Source of the DNA: the human T2T-CHM13v2.0 reference genome, Homo sapiens
Reading direction: 5' to 3'
Length of the DNA stretch: 64,000 nucleotides
Assembly: GCA_009914755.4 (NCBI GenBank)
Contig: CP068257.2
Location: 44,320,001-44,384,000, forward strand
Part shown: positions 1 to 14,090 of the stretch, one piece after another
How positions within the stretch are numbered: the first letter of the stretch is position 1
How the letters are laid out: every line of letters starts with the position of its first letter
The notes under the pieces: model-generated
What the model was told of the DNA's origin: nothing
What the model saw: only the letters and a program-made list of their open reading frames with translations
Database searches by the model: none
Program-made: the position numbers and the translations under genes

Positions 1-275
1 GGGAGCACTCCAGATGAACACTTCAGGTGGGGGGAGCACTCCAGATGAACACTTCAGGTGGGGGGAGCACTCCAGGTGAGGAACACTTCAGGTGGGGGGA
101 GCACTCCAGGTGAGGAACACCTCAGGTGCGGGGAGCACTCCAGATGAGGAACACTTCAGGTGGGGGGAGCACCCCAGGTGAGGAACACTTCAGGTGGGGG
201 GAGCACTCCAGGTGAGGAACACTTCAGGTGGGGGGAGCATACTAGATGTGGGGAGCACATCAGGTGCAGGGGCAG
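1..275. repeat. Minisatellite with 30-33-bp unit (gggagcactccag[a/g]tga[gga]acacttcaggtgg), about 8 copies
   Basis: Direct tandem repetition is visible from base 1. The array is cut off at the window edge. Confidence 0.8.
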
Positions 276-2886
276 CCAGAGCTGGGGTGGAAGGGAGCCC
301 AGAGCAGGTGAGGAGGGGAGACGGGGGAGCTGGAGTAGCAGGGTGGGGGTTGTGCAGAACTCTCAGCCCCTCAGGACTCGGGAGGACAGAGGCACAGCAG
401 AATCCAGAGCCCCAGCTGGGCGTGAGGGGGCCTGAGTGGGGACTCAGAGCCAGGGACCAGGCTCCAAACCAGAGCTGGAGGCATCCTGTGACTCAGGGCA
501 GCTCACAGGGCAGTGCCATGAGCATTGATTGAGCACCTGTGTGGGCCTCACAGGAGGCCCTGGACTCTCCTGTGATGGGAGGCGCGCAAAGTGGCAATTC
601 TCAGTTCTAAGGAATCAAGTGAGCATGAGCCTCACAGCCCTGCAGATCAGCGGTTCCCATCCTGCGCCTTCTTACACCTCCAGCGACCCAGCTCCCAGTG
701 CCCCTTCCCCACAGTGTGAGTCCCAGTTCCACCCACAACCACATGGTCAAGGCCTCGGGCTGAGGAAACGTGCAAGCTTAGAACAAGGGACACTGGGGCA
801 CCCCAGCCCCGGTGGGCGCGCATCATGGGCGTGGGAAATGTGGCTGTTAGCTTCTGGAAGCCTATGGCCGAGTCTCCATCTAGCCCGGGCACTGGCACCT
901 GGCCCAGGGCCACAGGGTCACACCCTGTCACTTACAGCGAGTGTCCCCAGGTCGCCAGACATCCCCGCACCTCGGTGTCCCGTGGACACAGCAGGATCTA
1001 TGCCCCTTGCTTCCTCAAGGACAGTGGGGTGTCTGTGACTGTCAGGAAAGGGGCAGGAATTGGCTGACTCCAGTGGCGTAAGGTAGATGCTCACAGTAAT
1101 TGGAAAATAATTGGACATTCTCATTAAGCAGCACATGTACCCAGGGCTTTGTCAGAAGGGCGACATCTGAGTCCCTCAGTTGCTGAGACTGGGAAATGAA
1201 CAGACAACAGAAATGGGTTGCTCACAATTCCGGAGGCAAGGATGTCCGAGATGGAGGCGCTGGGTTCTGTGTCTGGTGAGGGCTGCTCTCTGCTTCCAAG
1301 GGTGCCTTGTTACCGTGACCTCGAGCGGAGGAATACTGCGTCCTCTGCATCCTCGCGGAGCAGGCCGGAGGGCTCCCTTCAGCCTCCTGTGGAAGAGCAT
1401 TGGCCACCTCATCACCTCACAGAAGGCCCACCTCTTACTACTGCTGCGTTGGGGATTACGTTTCAACATGAATTTTCAGTGGCCTGCATGCAAGGCTACA
1501 CAGGCAATAGCTTGTGACCATGGTGGACAGACCCCACAGAGGCCCAGGGACCCCCACCTCAGCGTTGGAAGACCCCCTCCCTGGGGCTGTGGGAGGGGTC
1601 TATGAGTTGCTTCTGACCTGTAGGATGTGGCAAGGGGCCAGGATGTCACTCCCTGGCACTGCGTAAGGCTCCAGCTCCCCTGCTGGCACTGGTGAAGCAA
1701 GCAGCCATTTTGGGGCTGCCCTAGAATGGCCGCGGCGACTCTCTGCCTCTGGAGGTGGACTGCAGGCACCTCTCCGAGCGAGCTTGGGAGCCCCAGCTGA
1801 CAACCAGCCAACACCTGAAGCGCTCACTCCTGCAGCTGCAAGGAAATGAATTCTGCCAACAACCTGGGTGGGCCCAGAAGTGGGTTCTGCCCCAGTCCAG
1901 CCTCTGCACGGGAATGTGACCACCGGCTCCCCGATGGCAGCCTGGGAGACCCTGAAGAACAGAAGCCAGCTGAGCTGAGCCGACTCCTGACCCAGGAACC
2001 GTGAGTTAATACCTGGGTGCCGCTTCGGCTTCTATGCCTTCGGTCATTTGATACACGGCTGCAAAAGTAAGGCAGTGGCCAGACACGTCACTGGCACTCC
2101 CTCCTGCTTCTGCCTTCTGTAAGCTCGTGGGCGGGTTGAGGTCAATGGGTGCTCCTGGGGTGGCAGGCATCCCCAGCAGGCTGGGCCTGTCCCCAGAGGC
2201 TCCTTGGCCCGTGTGACCTCGGATCAACACATCCCCCTGGCATGGGGCTGTCCATCTGAGAGCCTGCTTGGCACGAGAAAGTCTCTGGTGTTGAACGCCA
2301 TTTTCACAGTGAACAATGGGCCGGCATTCGTCCTAGAATAGGCAGTTTGGGTCTTGTGAAAATTTGACCATTTGCAAGTTTTTCCGAACGTTCTGTTTGA
2401 GAAGCATTGCACTGTCCATTGTTGACATCTCTGAAAATCTTACTGGGACCATGATTTTGTAAAATCAAGCTGCCTCGCCAACAGCTCCCTGTCACGGGCC
2501 ACAGGAAAAGACGCTGTCCTTACAAAGTCGAATTCATCCAGGCGGCCCTTGGATGGCACAGCGGAGCTTCTCTTGCTGTTTTAACTGTATCTTCTTTCCG
2601 TCCTTTGGTTTCCAGAATCCAAGTCTTCTTTCGTCTCATCATTTTCTTTTCCTTCTTTGCTGTCATTATAATTATCCGTATTTTCTTGGTAACAACTGCC
2701 AATCACAAATGATTCTTCTCTGTATTGTTGTGGTCGTGACCCTGGAGCTTCCGGCGTCCAGTGTCGGCAGCAGAGTTTTGCTGTGTTTTGCTCTGTTTTT
2801 AACGTTTTGAGGCCCCCTGATTTTGCTTCGTACATTTAGCCTCCAGTCAATTCCTTCCTGCTCATCGAGTCTGAATCATGGCATGA

Positions 2887-3280
<394 letters not shown>

Positions 3281-5575
3281 TCAGATGGGGTTTTAAACTC
3301 CAACTGCCTAATAGTACTCCAGTTACATACCACTGTATTCACATATGTAGGGATGTGGGGAGGGAGCTTTGTCACTGGAGTATTGATATTTGTCTCTTCA
3401 TGCCATTTGGCGTGCCGTGCATGAGTGCAGATTTGCCGCCATTTCATCCGGAACTGCCACTGTGTATGAGGACAAGACACAGCAGACGCAGCAGGTGTAC
3501 CGAGCTGTACTGAGCCCGTGGTCCCAGCAGGGTGTGTCTGCTCCGTGGAGCTGCAGGTGTGGCCCTCCCCACCCACTGCCTGTGTGATGGTGTGCTCAGC
3601 ACTACCGGCCCATTCCCCGGGGAGAGGGTTCTCCTGTGGCCACAGTGGGAATTCCATTGCTTGCTGACAGAGGCACATGGCTGAGGACTGAGGGAACTTC
3701 CCACCAACCGGCTTTCGTGCTGAACCGTTTGAACTTCATTCTCCTCCACGACCCGCATATCCTAAAGCCGGCAAGGCCGCTCTTTGCCTATCTCCTGAAC
3801 AGAGGTTGGGCTCTGGATGATCCATCTTCCTCCGGAGACTCTTTGTCCAACCCGCTGGCTCGCATTGGGATGGATCAACTTCATCTCACTGAAGTTGGGT
3901 AGGACTCCATGAGGCTTACTCTGCTCCCAGGTCACCCCCGCTTAGGGCACAGTGCCCAGGGCTGCCTCTGGGTGTCCACTGGTCCTTCCTCCTGGGTGGG
4001 TTTTGAACTTGACTTGTCGTCTGCCCAGCACCATTAGACCAGAGCTCTGTCCAGCTTTGAGCAGTTTTCTGCTGGTCTTCGTAGCCTTCTGTTGCATGAG
4101 GTTCACGAGCTGCAGATGCCTGGCTGAGCGAGCCAGTGGTACATGGTACTCCGGGTCCGCCGCCGCACCTCACGGGCCTCTCCTCTCTCCAGGACCCTAG
4201 CCCCTCTCCTGAGGCTGCTGCAGAAGCCCTCAAGCATCACAACAGATTTTTTAAAATTCAGCTTTTGAAATTGTACTTGGTGGGAATGTTTGTCTAAGTA
4301 AACGCCGTCACAGAAGTGCTGGCCCATGAACTCGAAGGCTTTCAAAGAATCTCATGGTTGATGTAAAAATCTCACGAGGCAGGAGCTTTCATTTTTTAAA
4401 ATTAATGTAATAGATATTCTAATACTTAGTAGACGAATAAACTGTTCTCAGGAACTGTGGCGACATCCAGTCAGTGGTCACCTCTTGTTCCTGGTGGACA
4501 TCACTTAGCACCAGTGCCGGCAGTTTTATAAAACAGAGGATAACGTCGTGGGACTGGCCGGCCTCAGAATTGCTCAGGGTTTGGACTCATGGAAATCCAA
4601 AGCACCCTGCAGCTCAGCCATGGGAGTTCACCTCCGACTCTGAGGATCTGAGGGAGGGAGGGAGGCCCTCTCCGGGGACCAATATTTGCCTCCACGTGGC
4701 TAAGGCCAGTGATGCAGGCTGTGCGGTGTGTTGACGGACTCGGGGAAGGTGGAGGAAGGAGGCCTGGGGGAGGGGCTCCTCTTACCCGGAGTTGCATGGG
4801 TGGATTTCAGGTTGACGGGGGCGGGGCTGCATTTTTAGGTGTTTCTACTGATAAGACCAAGGGTAGTTGGGAAAAAGCCCAGCACGTCAACAGCTCGACA
4901 GAGAGCAGCTCCCTGAGGTCGCCACCAGCTTCCCGTGGATGTTGATGATCTCATGTCCTCAGTCAACCCCGGAACCACAGAAGAGCACAGGGGGAGACCT
5001 GGGGAAAGGCAGACTCCACCGGGAGGTCGGGAAGCACAGTTCTCAGCCCTGCCCGGGCCCCCGTCCATCCTGCTTTGGAAGAGCACCTGGACTCTAGGAT
5101 GAGGAGACGAGGCAGCGTGGAGACTCACCGCCTCCGGAGGACAGGGAGGGAGGAGCCAGTCGCCGCAGGCACGGCCTGGACGTGCTGGGAGCCGCACTTG
5201 GTGTTGGCCGTTGGGCTGATGCTTGTCAGGAGCCCAGGACAAGCTCCGTGGCTTACCTGGGATGATCTCATGTTTCTCTGAGGTAAAGGTTCATGATGAG
5301 TTTTCCTGCACCATGAAATACGTCAAATAACAATTTCCACTTTCAATCCTCGAATGCACAACGCTATAAAAATATATAAAAACTACTTTGACAGGAGTAA
5401 AAAACGTCATGCTAAAAGGATTAAGAAGAGGTTTGTTGGTTGATGAAAGGACGTGTGGCTGTGGCGAGACCTGAAACACACCCCACGTGGGCGTGTGCAC
5501 TTCGCCCACTTCATGCCAAGTGCCGGCTGCTTTGTCGGCTTCGTTCAGCGTCACCCAGAGAATAACTTCTCTTTA

Positions 5576-5998
<423 letters not shown>

Positions 5999-8420
5999 CA
6001 GCGCCTGGCTGTGAGGATTCCCGAAGGCAGCACCACCCCTGAGCAGACCCGTCTGCCCCTCCGACCGTCATGCACCAGCCCCTCCCGGTGCCCTGTGTCG
6101 TCACATGATGCTTGTTGAGGAGCCCAGGCGTCCACCCCAGCGCCTCCTGGCATGACGCCGACCTCACTCCTTGGCCCCCGGAATTCCCACAGGTGGGAGG
6201 TGGTCACAGAAGCTTTGTCGATTCCGTTCTCTTTTTGGCAAGGACACTTCCAGGTGCCTCTGCACGGGCACTGACCCACAGGTGGGCACAGGGCCATGCT
6301 CCCAGCCTGGGCCTGATGGGCCGGGGTGCAACCACCGCCAGCATCTACCATGCTGTGAGTGGGCGGCGGTGACGCACCCACCTGGGAATGGCAGCGAGTG
6401 CCCGGAGTGCCGGATTCCCCCCGAGCTTTCACGTCTAAGGATTACGAGGAAGACCTGGACTACGTGCCTTTATGAGATGCCTCCTATGGGTCCCTGAGGC
6501 CGTCAGGTGCCACCTCACCCCTGCGTGTCCTGCGGAAACTGTGACCTGTGACTCCGGGGTGGGGTGGCCTTGGGGGCACCAGCAAGTGAAGGGTGCACCA
6601 GGGCACTGGGTTGGGGACCTTGCCCAGGACAACAGGCAGGGCTTGTCCAAAAGCCCCTGGCCCTGTTCCAACCCCCAGGAGGGTTCGAGCCCTTTCGAGG
6701 GTCCCATGCTGTGTCCAGAGCAGCCATGCACCCACCTTCTCCACCACAACACAGCCACCCTCCTTCTCCAGAGTGGCCTTTTACAAAGCACAATTACCAT
6801 TACCTCCTGAGTGAAACCTGTCCTCGGGGCGGAGACTGCCCCAGGCCTGGCCTCGTACACACACCCCTCCTGCCCGCCTCCCTCCCTCCAGCCCTGTTGG
6901 CACTGCCCCGTGGCAGCCTCCCGCAGCGGCCGCCTCCGGCTCTGCCTCCTCCAGGGTGCTGTGGCTCCTCCTCAAGGGAGGGCGGCTGGGGGAGGAGACG
7001 CCTCAGTACAGAAAAGCTCGCAGCTGTTGTTGGGTCTGATCCCACCTCTCCTGCTGTTTCCTGCCAGGACAGATGAGGAGTTAGCTCTCCACTTCCCACC
7101 ATGCCTGCCCCTCCTTCACAATCTTTGTTAATTATATTCTTACTCTGTTTCCATATTGAATAACTCACTTAAATTCTTACCATAAAAGATGACAAAGATA
7201 CACAAAAGTACAGAGAACCTAAATACCTGATATAATGCATAATTGTAAGACACACAATTATGTTTCTTCGTCAAGAAACAGAAAATACCCAGCCCCTGAC
7301 TCAGCTTCTAGAAGTAACCGGGCCCTCCCCGAGGTGTAGCCTGGGCCTGAACACACCTGCCCCGGGGGCAGAGCTGCTTTCTCTCCATCCCCTCTAACCG
7401 CCCTTCACAGCATCCTGAAGATTAAGGCTCCCTCCAGAGGTGGGAGGTGGTCTGGGCGTCCCTCCCCAGGCAGCACCAGGGGCTAAACCTCTCTTGGAGT
7501 TCACCCTGTCTTCCCCATGGGCACCTAGCGGGGTTCCTGGAGGCGGAGTCTGCAAAAAGATGGAACTTCCCTCTGTCTGCGGCTCCCAGGGACTCCACAC
7601 TTCCCTGAAGCTCACAGCCTTCAGCAGTTTGTTATAAAATTTCCAGTTCAACCATCTTGCCCTCCGTTGTGGCCTTCAGGTAAGAAAATGCCAGGACCCT
7701 GCAGGTGCCTGTCTCTGGGTTTCAGGTAAGAAAATGCCAGGACCCTGCAGCTGTCTGTCTCTGGATTTCGGGCTAGAGATTTGTCCTGTGACCTCGGTTC
7801 TCTGATGGGCTCAAGAAAAGTTGTTAATCTGCAGTTTGCACAGCTTGTTACTGAATGGAACTGGGGTCAGCCTGCCCAGCACAGAAAACCCAGCCCCGAC
7901 ATGGGGATTTGCAGCGAGAGAAAGCGAGGCGTTCAGTGCAGGGCACCAGGCAAGGAGAACCGGGCAACCCGTGCTTAAGACTGGCACTCTCTGACGGCTT
8001 CCGGCTCAGGGTTACTAAAAGCAGGAGGCAGAGGTCACGGGCAAAGCCAGAGATCAATACCTGGGGCTGCCCATTGGCTTCCCCTAAAGGGTGGGACGTC
8101 TCGAAGCCAGGGGCTACAGGTCATATTCTCTGATTCGTCATTGGTTAAGGAAGGGAAGGAAACTTTACCTGAAAACCCGGGGCCATCAGAAAGGAATGTT
8201 AGCTCTGGCCCATGGGCGTGACTTCCTCCAGGCCCCTCCGGAGGAAACTGAGGACAGAGAATGGTGGTCCCAGTTCAGTCCTCAGCACCCCCACCCCACC
8301 CGATGTCTGTGAGTGACGGGATCTTTTGTTTCTCTGGGGAGCCGAGCATTCGGTCTCTCACCTCCTTGGCTGTTGCTTTAAGCTGTTCTGACCTTCTTGC
8401 TTGTCACGTTGCTCACTGAC

Positions 8421-8792
8421 TTTTTTTTTAATTTTATTATCATTATACTTTAAGTTCTAGGGCACATGTGCACAACGTGCAGGTTTGTTACCTATGTATA
8501 CATGTGCCGTGTTGGTGCGCTGCACCCATTAACTCGTCATTTAGCACTAGGTATATCTCCTAATGCTATCCCTCCCCCCTCCCCCCACCCCACAACAGGC
8601 CCCGGTGTGTGATGTTCCCCTTCCTGTGTCCATCACTGTTCAATTCCCACCTATGAGTGAGAACATGCTGTGTTTGGTTTTTTGTCCTTGCGATAGTTTG
8701 CTGAGAATGATGGTTTCCAGCTTCATCCATGTCCCTACAAAGGACATGAACTCATCATTTTTTATGGCTGCATAGTATTCCATGGTGTTTTT
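8421..8792. mobile_element. LINE-1 derived fragment (about 370 bp)
   Basis: The segment tttaagttctagggcacatgtgcacaacgtgcaggtttgttac ... ccacctatgagtgagaacatgctgtgtttggttttttgtccttgcgatagtttgctgagaatgatggtttccagcttcatccatgtccctacaaaggacatgaactcatcattttttatggctgcatagtattccatggtg is a highly recognisable primate L1 segment. Its orientation is not determined. Confidence 0.6.
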
Positions 8793-11088
8793 TAAAGCCA
8801 GCGACGTGCCTGGAATTTCCCCCGAAGGGACTCAAGATTTCCCTCGACTTCTGTGTTTGGGGCCCTGCTCCATCTCGAGTTTTCTCTTGTTACTGTACTG
8901 TTCCTTCCAGCTCGACACATCTCCGGGCTGAATCCCAAGCTATTGATTTTTAATTTCATCTTGTATCTGGCAAGTTTGCTAAATTGTCTTTGGCTGGTGA
9001 TTCTGATGGTTTCTGTGGCTGGATTATGTCACCTGCAGATGACAGCCGTCTCTCTTCCCTTCCAATCTTTGCATTTCTTTCTTTCTCTTTCTACACTTAG
9101 CCGTGGTAGGAATAACGCTCAAAATCCTAAGGAAATTGAACACTCAAAGGATTCTTAGCAAAGCAGTTTTACTTCTGCGCAGAGGGGTGCCTCCTTGGCC
9201 AGTCGCCATGAGAGTACATCTGAACAAAGGGGCACGAGAGCCTTTCTTCCTGCCACAAGTCCTGCCCCTGCCCCCGTGCCCTTTCCCCATCGGCCGGGGT
9301 CGGGTTGTACAATCTAATCCCGGTTGGCTGAACATTTGAATTTTTTTAGATAAGGTGAGCACGTAAAAGAGAGGAAAGGGGAAGGGGTGTCTGTAGTGAG
9401 CTAGAAAGTTAGTCCTCTTTCCAAATAAGGACAGGAATGTGAGCTGGTACTGATAATGCCTGGTACTGTGGCATGCCTGGGCATCTAACAAAGGCAGAAA
9501 GGAAAAAGGAAAAAACCGTGTGAGGGGTACTCTGAATTAAAAGATTGATCAGGCTATTTGAAGAGAAACCTCGCCATATCCCACAGCCAGGACATCCAGT
9601 AATAAAACTTGAAATTAGGCAACTTTCCCTCTGTCCTCACTTTGCTAAGAGTTTGTATCACTAATGGGTATTGAACCTTGTGGGATGTGCTTTCTGCATT
9701 GGCCGAGATGTTTTTCTCCGTTTAGCCTGTGACTATGGTGGGCTACACGACAGACCTCCCAATGCATGTGCGTCACATTCACAGACAAGCGTTGCTTGAT
9801 CACGTGTGGTTTTAAAAGCATACGCTGTTGGGTTTGGCAAGCTAATATTTTATTTAGGATATTTTCCTTCACGGGCCTGCTATTTGTTTCATTGTTTTGT
9901 GCCAAGCGCACCGGGAATGGTACCGAGGCAGGCCAGGTCTCACTCACACAGGCCCCCGGGAACAACTGTTTCCACACCGACTGAGGGATGAGGATAAATA
10001 TTAAAAGCTGATAGAGCCAGCGCCCTTATGCAAAGGCTGGACTGTAAAAGACGTCCCCTGAGAGTTTTGCCCAGGCCTCTCCAGGGCCTTGAAGCATGAC
10101 AAGATAATGAAGGAATTCTTAACAGGACCTGTTTAGGATTAAACAAGTTTTACTGGGGTCTGAAGAAACTCCCCAGACCTCCACAAACAAGCTTCCTTGG
10201 AAACTAAAGGAGCTCCCTCAACCTCCGTGATTTAGCAGAGGGCAAGATAAGGGTGATCACCCCAGCACCTGGACCCAGTTAGATTCAGTAAATCCACTGA
10301 GGCTCCAGAGGAAGGTCTTCAGGACTCAGGCCTTAGTGATAGATGAGAAGTTCATCACTTATGTCTTTGGATGAGTGCACACTTACACGCAGACACAGAG
10401 CTTAGAAGGCACACAAGCTCTGGAAAACGTTGGTCTGGCGATAATTTCCAGGCCTTCTCCCTGTAACCGGTTAACTCACTCCTCTCCCAGTTCATCTGCG
10501 TCTCGTTACTGGGCCGAGAGAACAAGCAGCCCCACCCTCGGTTTGGTCTGGGAACAGCACCCAGCAGCTGAGCAGGCAAAAGCTCGGATTATCTTTAGCT
10601 GGTTTTGGAATTGGCTTATACCAGCCTTTTGCCCCTTCTCTAAGTTCTGGGACAGTTTGTCTAAGTTAAGCTTGAGCAGTTCCTTGAGTTTGGCAGAGTC
10701 TACCTGGGAAGCCTGGGGCAGGCGCGCGCTGGCCTCTTCCGGGGTCAGCTCTGGCATTTTATTTTTTCTTGAAACGATCTGGGAATTCAAACTTTCTGAA
10801 TGCAGCTGCTCATAACGTTCTTGTGATTTCTTTGATCCCTCTGTCTGCAGTTATTTCTGTATTTTCAGTCTCTATTTTTATTTATATTTTCCTCTTTTTT
10901 TGCTCAATATTGTCAAAATCAATATATCTTTTCAAAGTATGATCCTTGGTTTTTGCTACTCATATTATTTTATTGTTCTCTATTTCATTGATTTCTGCCA
11001 GTATCTTTGTCATTTCCCTTTTTCTTATTACTTTGGGATCATTTTGTTACATTGCTGTTTTTTCCAATTATTTCATTTGTATGATTAG

Positions 11089-11256
<168 letters not shown>

Positions 11257-11814
11257 TAGAAATACCAAAATTGTTCGAAATAGATAATCGGTGCCGCGAA
11301 GAAAAGTCAGCACAGACACAAAAGATCTCTCAGCAAGGCCATCTTTACTTTCTGCAGAAAGGGTGCTCAGTCACAGATGGAATGATCGCGAGAGGTCACC
11401 TAAGCAAAGGAAAGGCAGACATAGTTAACCCTTAAGCATTTGGGTCGTCCTTACTGTTGTGTCCTGCATCCATTGGCTGGAGCTGGGCCTCACAGTCTTA
11501 AACTGATACCTGATTTGCTAATAACCTGAAACTTTCCTAAATAGGTAATTAGGAAAGGCCTAAGGAAGCAATAACATTTCCAAATAAGGAAGGGGCATAG
11601 GCTGTGAGCTGGAACGTGTCTGTGAGCATGTCCAACAATTACATGGGATAGGGCTTAACAAAGAGTTATTAGCACAAAGCAAGGAGAATTGAAGAAAGTC
11701 TTTAAAAGAAACTATTATTTCTAACACTTATGATGTATTCTTTAACAAGAAGGGGAAATTTGAAGAGGAAAACTTTTACTCTCTACAAGCGTGCACCACC
11801 ACACCCAGCTAATT

Positions 11815-11950
11815 TATTTTTTCATTTATTGTAGAAGCAGGGTCTTGCTTTGTTGCCCGGGTTGGTCTGCAATTCCTAGGCTCAAGCGATCCTCCACCTC
11901 GGCCTCCTGTAGTCACCTGGGATTACAAGTGTGAGCCCCCACGCCCGTCC
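11815..11950 (-). mobile_element. Partial Alu-like fragment (minus orientation)
   Basis: The sequence gcagggtcttgctttgttgcccgggttggtctgcaattcctaggctcaagcgatcctccacctcggcctcctgtagtcacctgggattacaagtgtgagccc resembles an Alu right arm. Confidence 0.65.
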
Positions 11951-12724
11951 TATTGAAAATGTATTTATGACTGTATATTTCTAGGTACTCTTAACTGTGT
12001 CCTGTGACTTTTGACATACGGTATTATCATTATTATTCAATTCTAAAGAGGTTTTTCATTCCCTCAAGAGTTCTACTTACCCAAAGGTTACTAGTAAAAT
12101 GTTATTAAATATCCAAACACATGAGATTCTCTCAGGTATCCTTTGAATATTCATTTCCAAATGTTTTGCATCATGGTACGAATTCATAATCTCCATGACA
12201 CGGATCCTTTGGGGTTTACTGAGGCATCTTTTATGACCTAATCCAATGGTCTCTTTTTGTAAGTCTTCCACGTCTGCTTGAGTAGAAGTGTATTCTCTGC
12301 CTGCCACCCGCTCTATGTGGATCTAATAGCTGGTGACTGCGTTGTCAAGTCTTGAACAGCTTTGATGCTTTTTGTCTGATGTGATCTATGTAGAAGGCAG
12401 AATCACGGCCCCCAAAAGATGTGCAAATCCTAAACCCCAGAACCCATGAATACATCATATTCCATAGCAAGGGGGTATTAATGTTGCCAATTAATTAAGG
12501 TTTCTACTCAGTTGACATGAAAATAAAGAGGTAACTCTGGCTTATCCAGGTGGGTGCAATTTAATTACAAACGCTTAAATGGGGAGGTCAGGGGCAGAGG
12601 GATGATGTCACAAACACACCCATGTGTGCTTGGTGCAAAACAGTAAAACAAACAGCAAGAAGGTCCATGAAGGAAAGATCGCCTCTGTCAGTGGGAGTAA
12701 TGAGAGTGGCTGATGGACAGGTGT

Positions 12725-13140
12725 GTTAGGCTGTTTGCACTGCTATAAAGAAATACCTGGGGTTGGGTAATTTATAAAGAAAAGAGGTTTATTTGGCTCA
12801 CGGTTTTGTAGGCTGCACAAGCATGGCCCCAGTGTCTGCTTCTGGGGAAGCCTTGGGAAGTGATAGTCATTGCAGAAAGTGGCCATGGAAGCAGGCACAT
12901 CCCATGGCAAGAGCAGGAGCAAGGGACAGAGTGGGCAGAGGAGCCAGGCTCCTTTAAACAACCAGCTCTCATGGGAACTAACTGAGTGAGAACGTGCTCA
13001 TTGCCAAGAAGATGGCTCTAGGCTATTCATGAGACATCCACCCCGTGATCCAATACCTCCCCCCGGGGCCCACCTGCAACACTGTGAAACACATTTTCAC
13101 ATGAGATTTGGAGGAGACAAAACCTCCAAACCATATCAAG
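12725..13140 (-). mobile_element. Solitary MaLR (ERVL-MaLR, MST/MLT1-like) LTR
   Basis: The hallmark gggtaatttataaagaaaagaggtttatttggctcac opens the segment, and it ends gagatttggaggagacaaaacctccaaaccatatca, which is the reverse complement of the canonical MaLR LTR start TGATATGGTTTGG. Confidence 0.75.
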
Positions 13141-13791
13141 TGGCACACTCACAAGAAAACGTGTCAGTGGCCAAGACGATTTGCAATGAGGACTGGATGA
13201 GGCTGGGACCCAACTCTCTGTCTCTGACATTCCTGCTCATCTCATGGACAGAGGCACTGATTGTTCTAGACCATCTTTCCAAGGGTGTTGTTTTGTGACA
13301 GCCTTGATAATATGTCCTTCCAGATCAAAGGGCAGGTTGCTTACACCCTAATCCTGAAGGTAAAGACGTTTTCTCCCTCCAAAGCAAAGAGCAGGCATGC
13401 TTACTGTCCATTATAAAAGATTCACGTTCCCTGAGCTCAGGGTTCCTCTCCTGCAGTGCAGTCCACGGTGTGTGCAGATGCCACTGGGCCCACTCTGTGT
13501 CACTGTTTGGGAAACGGGGCTCGGAAACTGGTGTGAAAAGTATGCTGATACTCTGTTAGAAAAAAATGCCAACATTCTGGCTACTGATATTGCTGTGAGT
13601 AATAAAGTACTTCATCCTTGAAAAACCAAAAGGCCCAGTTAAGATAAGGTGGACAGAAAAACACCTAAACAAAGGTAAGGCTTGCTATGGAGAGTCAAGC
13701 CAACACTGCCTCCAGTGTAAGAGTTTCTAGTGACTTCGTTCCCCTTCTTTTCCCAATGCAAAGACAGAGATGCCCTTTAAATGGAGGTTTC

Positions 13792-14090
13792 AGCTGGGCG
13801 GTGGCTCACTCCTGTAATCCCAGCACTTTGAGAGGCTGAGGCAGGCAGATCACTTGAGTTCAGGAGTTGGAGACCAGCCTGGGCAACATAGTGAGAGCCC
13901 ATCTCTACAAAAAATACAAACATTAGCCAGGCGTGGTGTTGCATACCTGTAGCCCGAGCTACTTGGGAGGCTGAGGTGGGAGTATTGATTGACTCCAAGA
14001 ATTCAAGCTGCAGTCATCTGCAATCACACCACTGCACTCCAGCCTGGGTGACAGAGTGAGACCCTGTCTCCAAAAACAAAAACAAAAGAA
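13792..14090 (+). mobile_element. Alu SINE (plus orientation)
   Basis: The sequence gctgggcggtggctcactcctgtaatcccagcactttgagaggctgaggcaggcagatcacttgag ... cactccagcctgggtgacagagtgagaccctgtctccaaaaacaaaaacaaaag matches the Alu consensus. Confidence 0.9.
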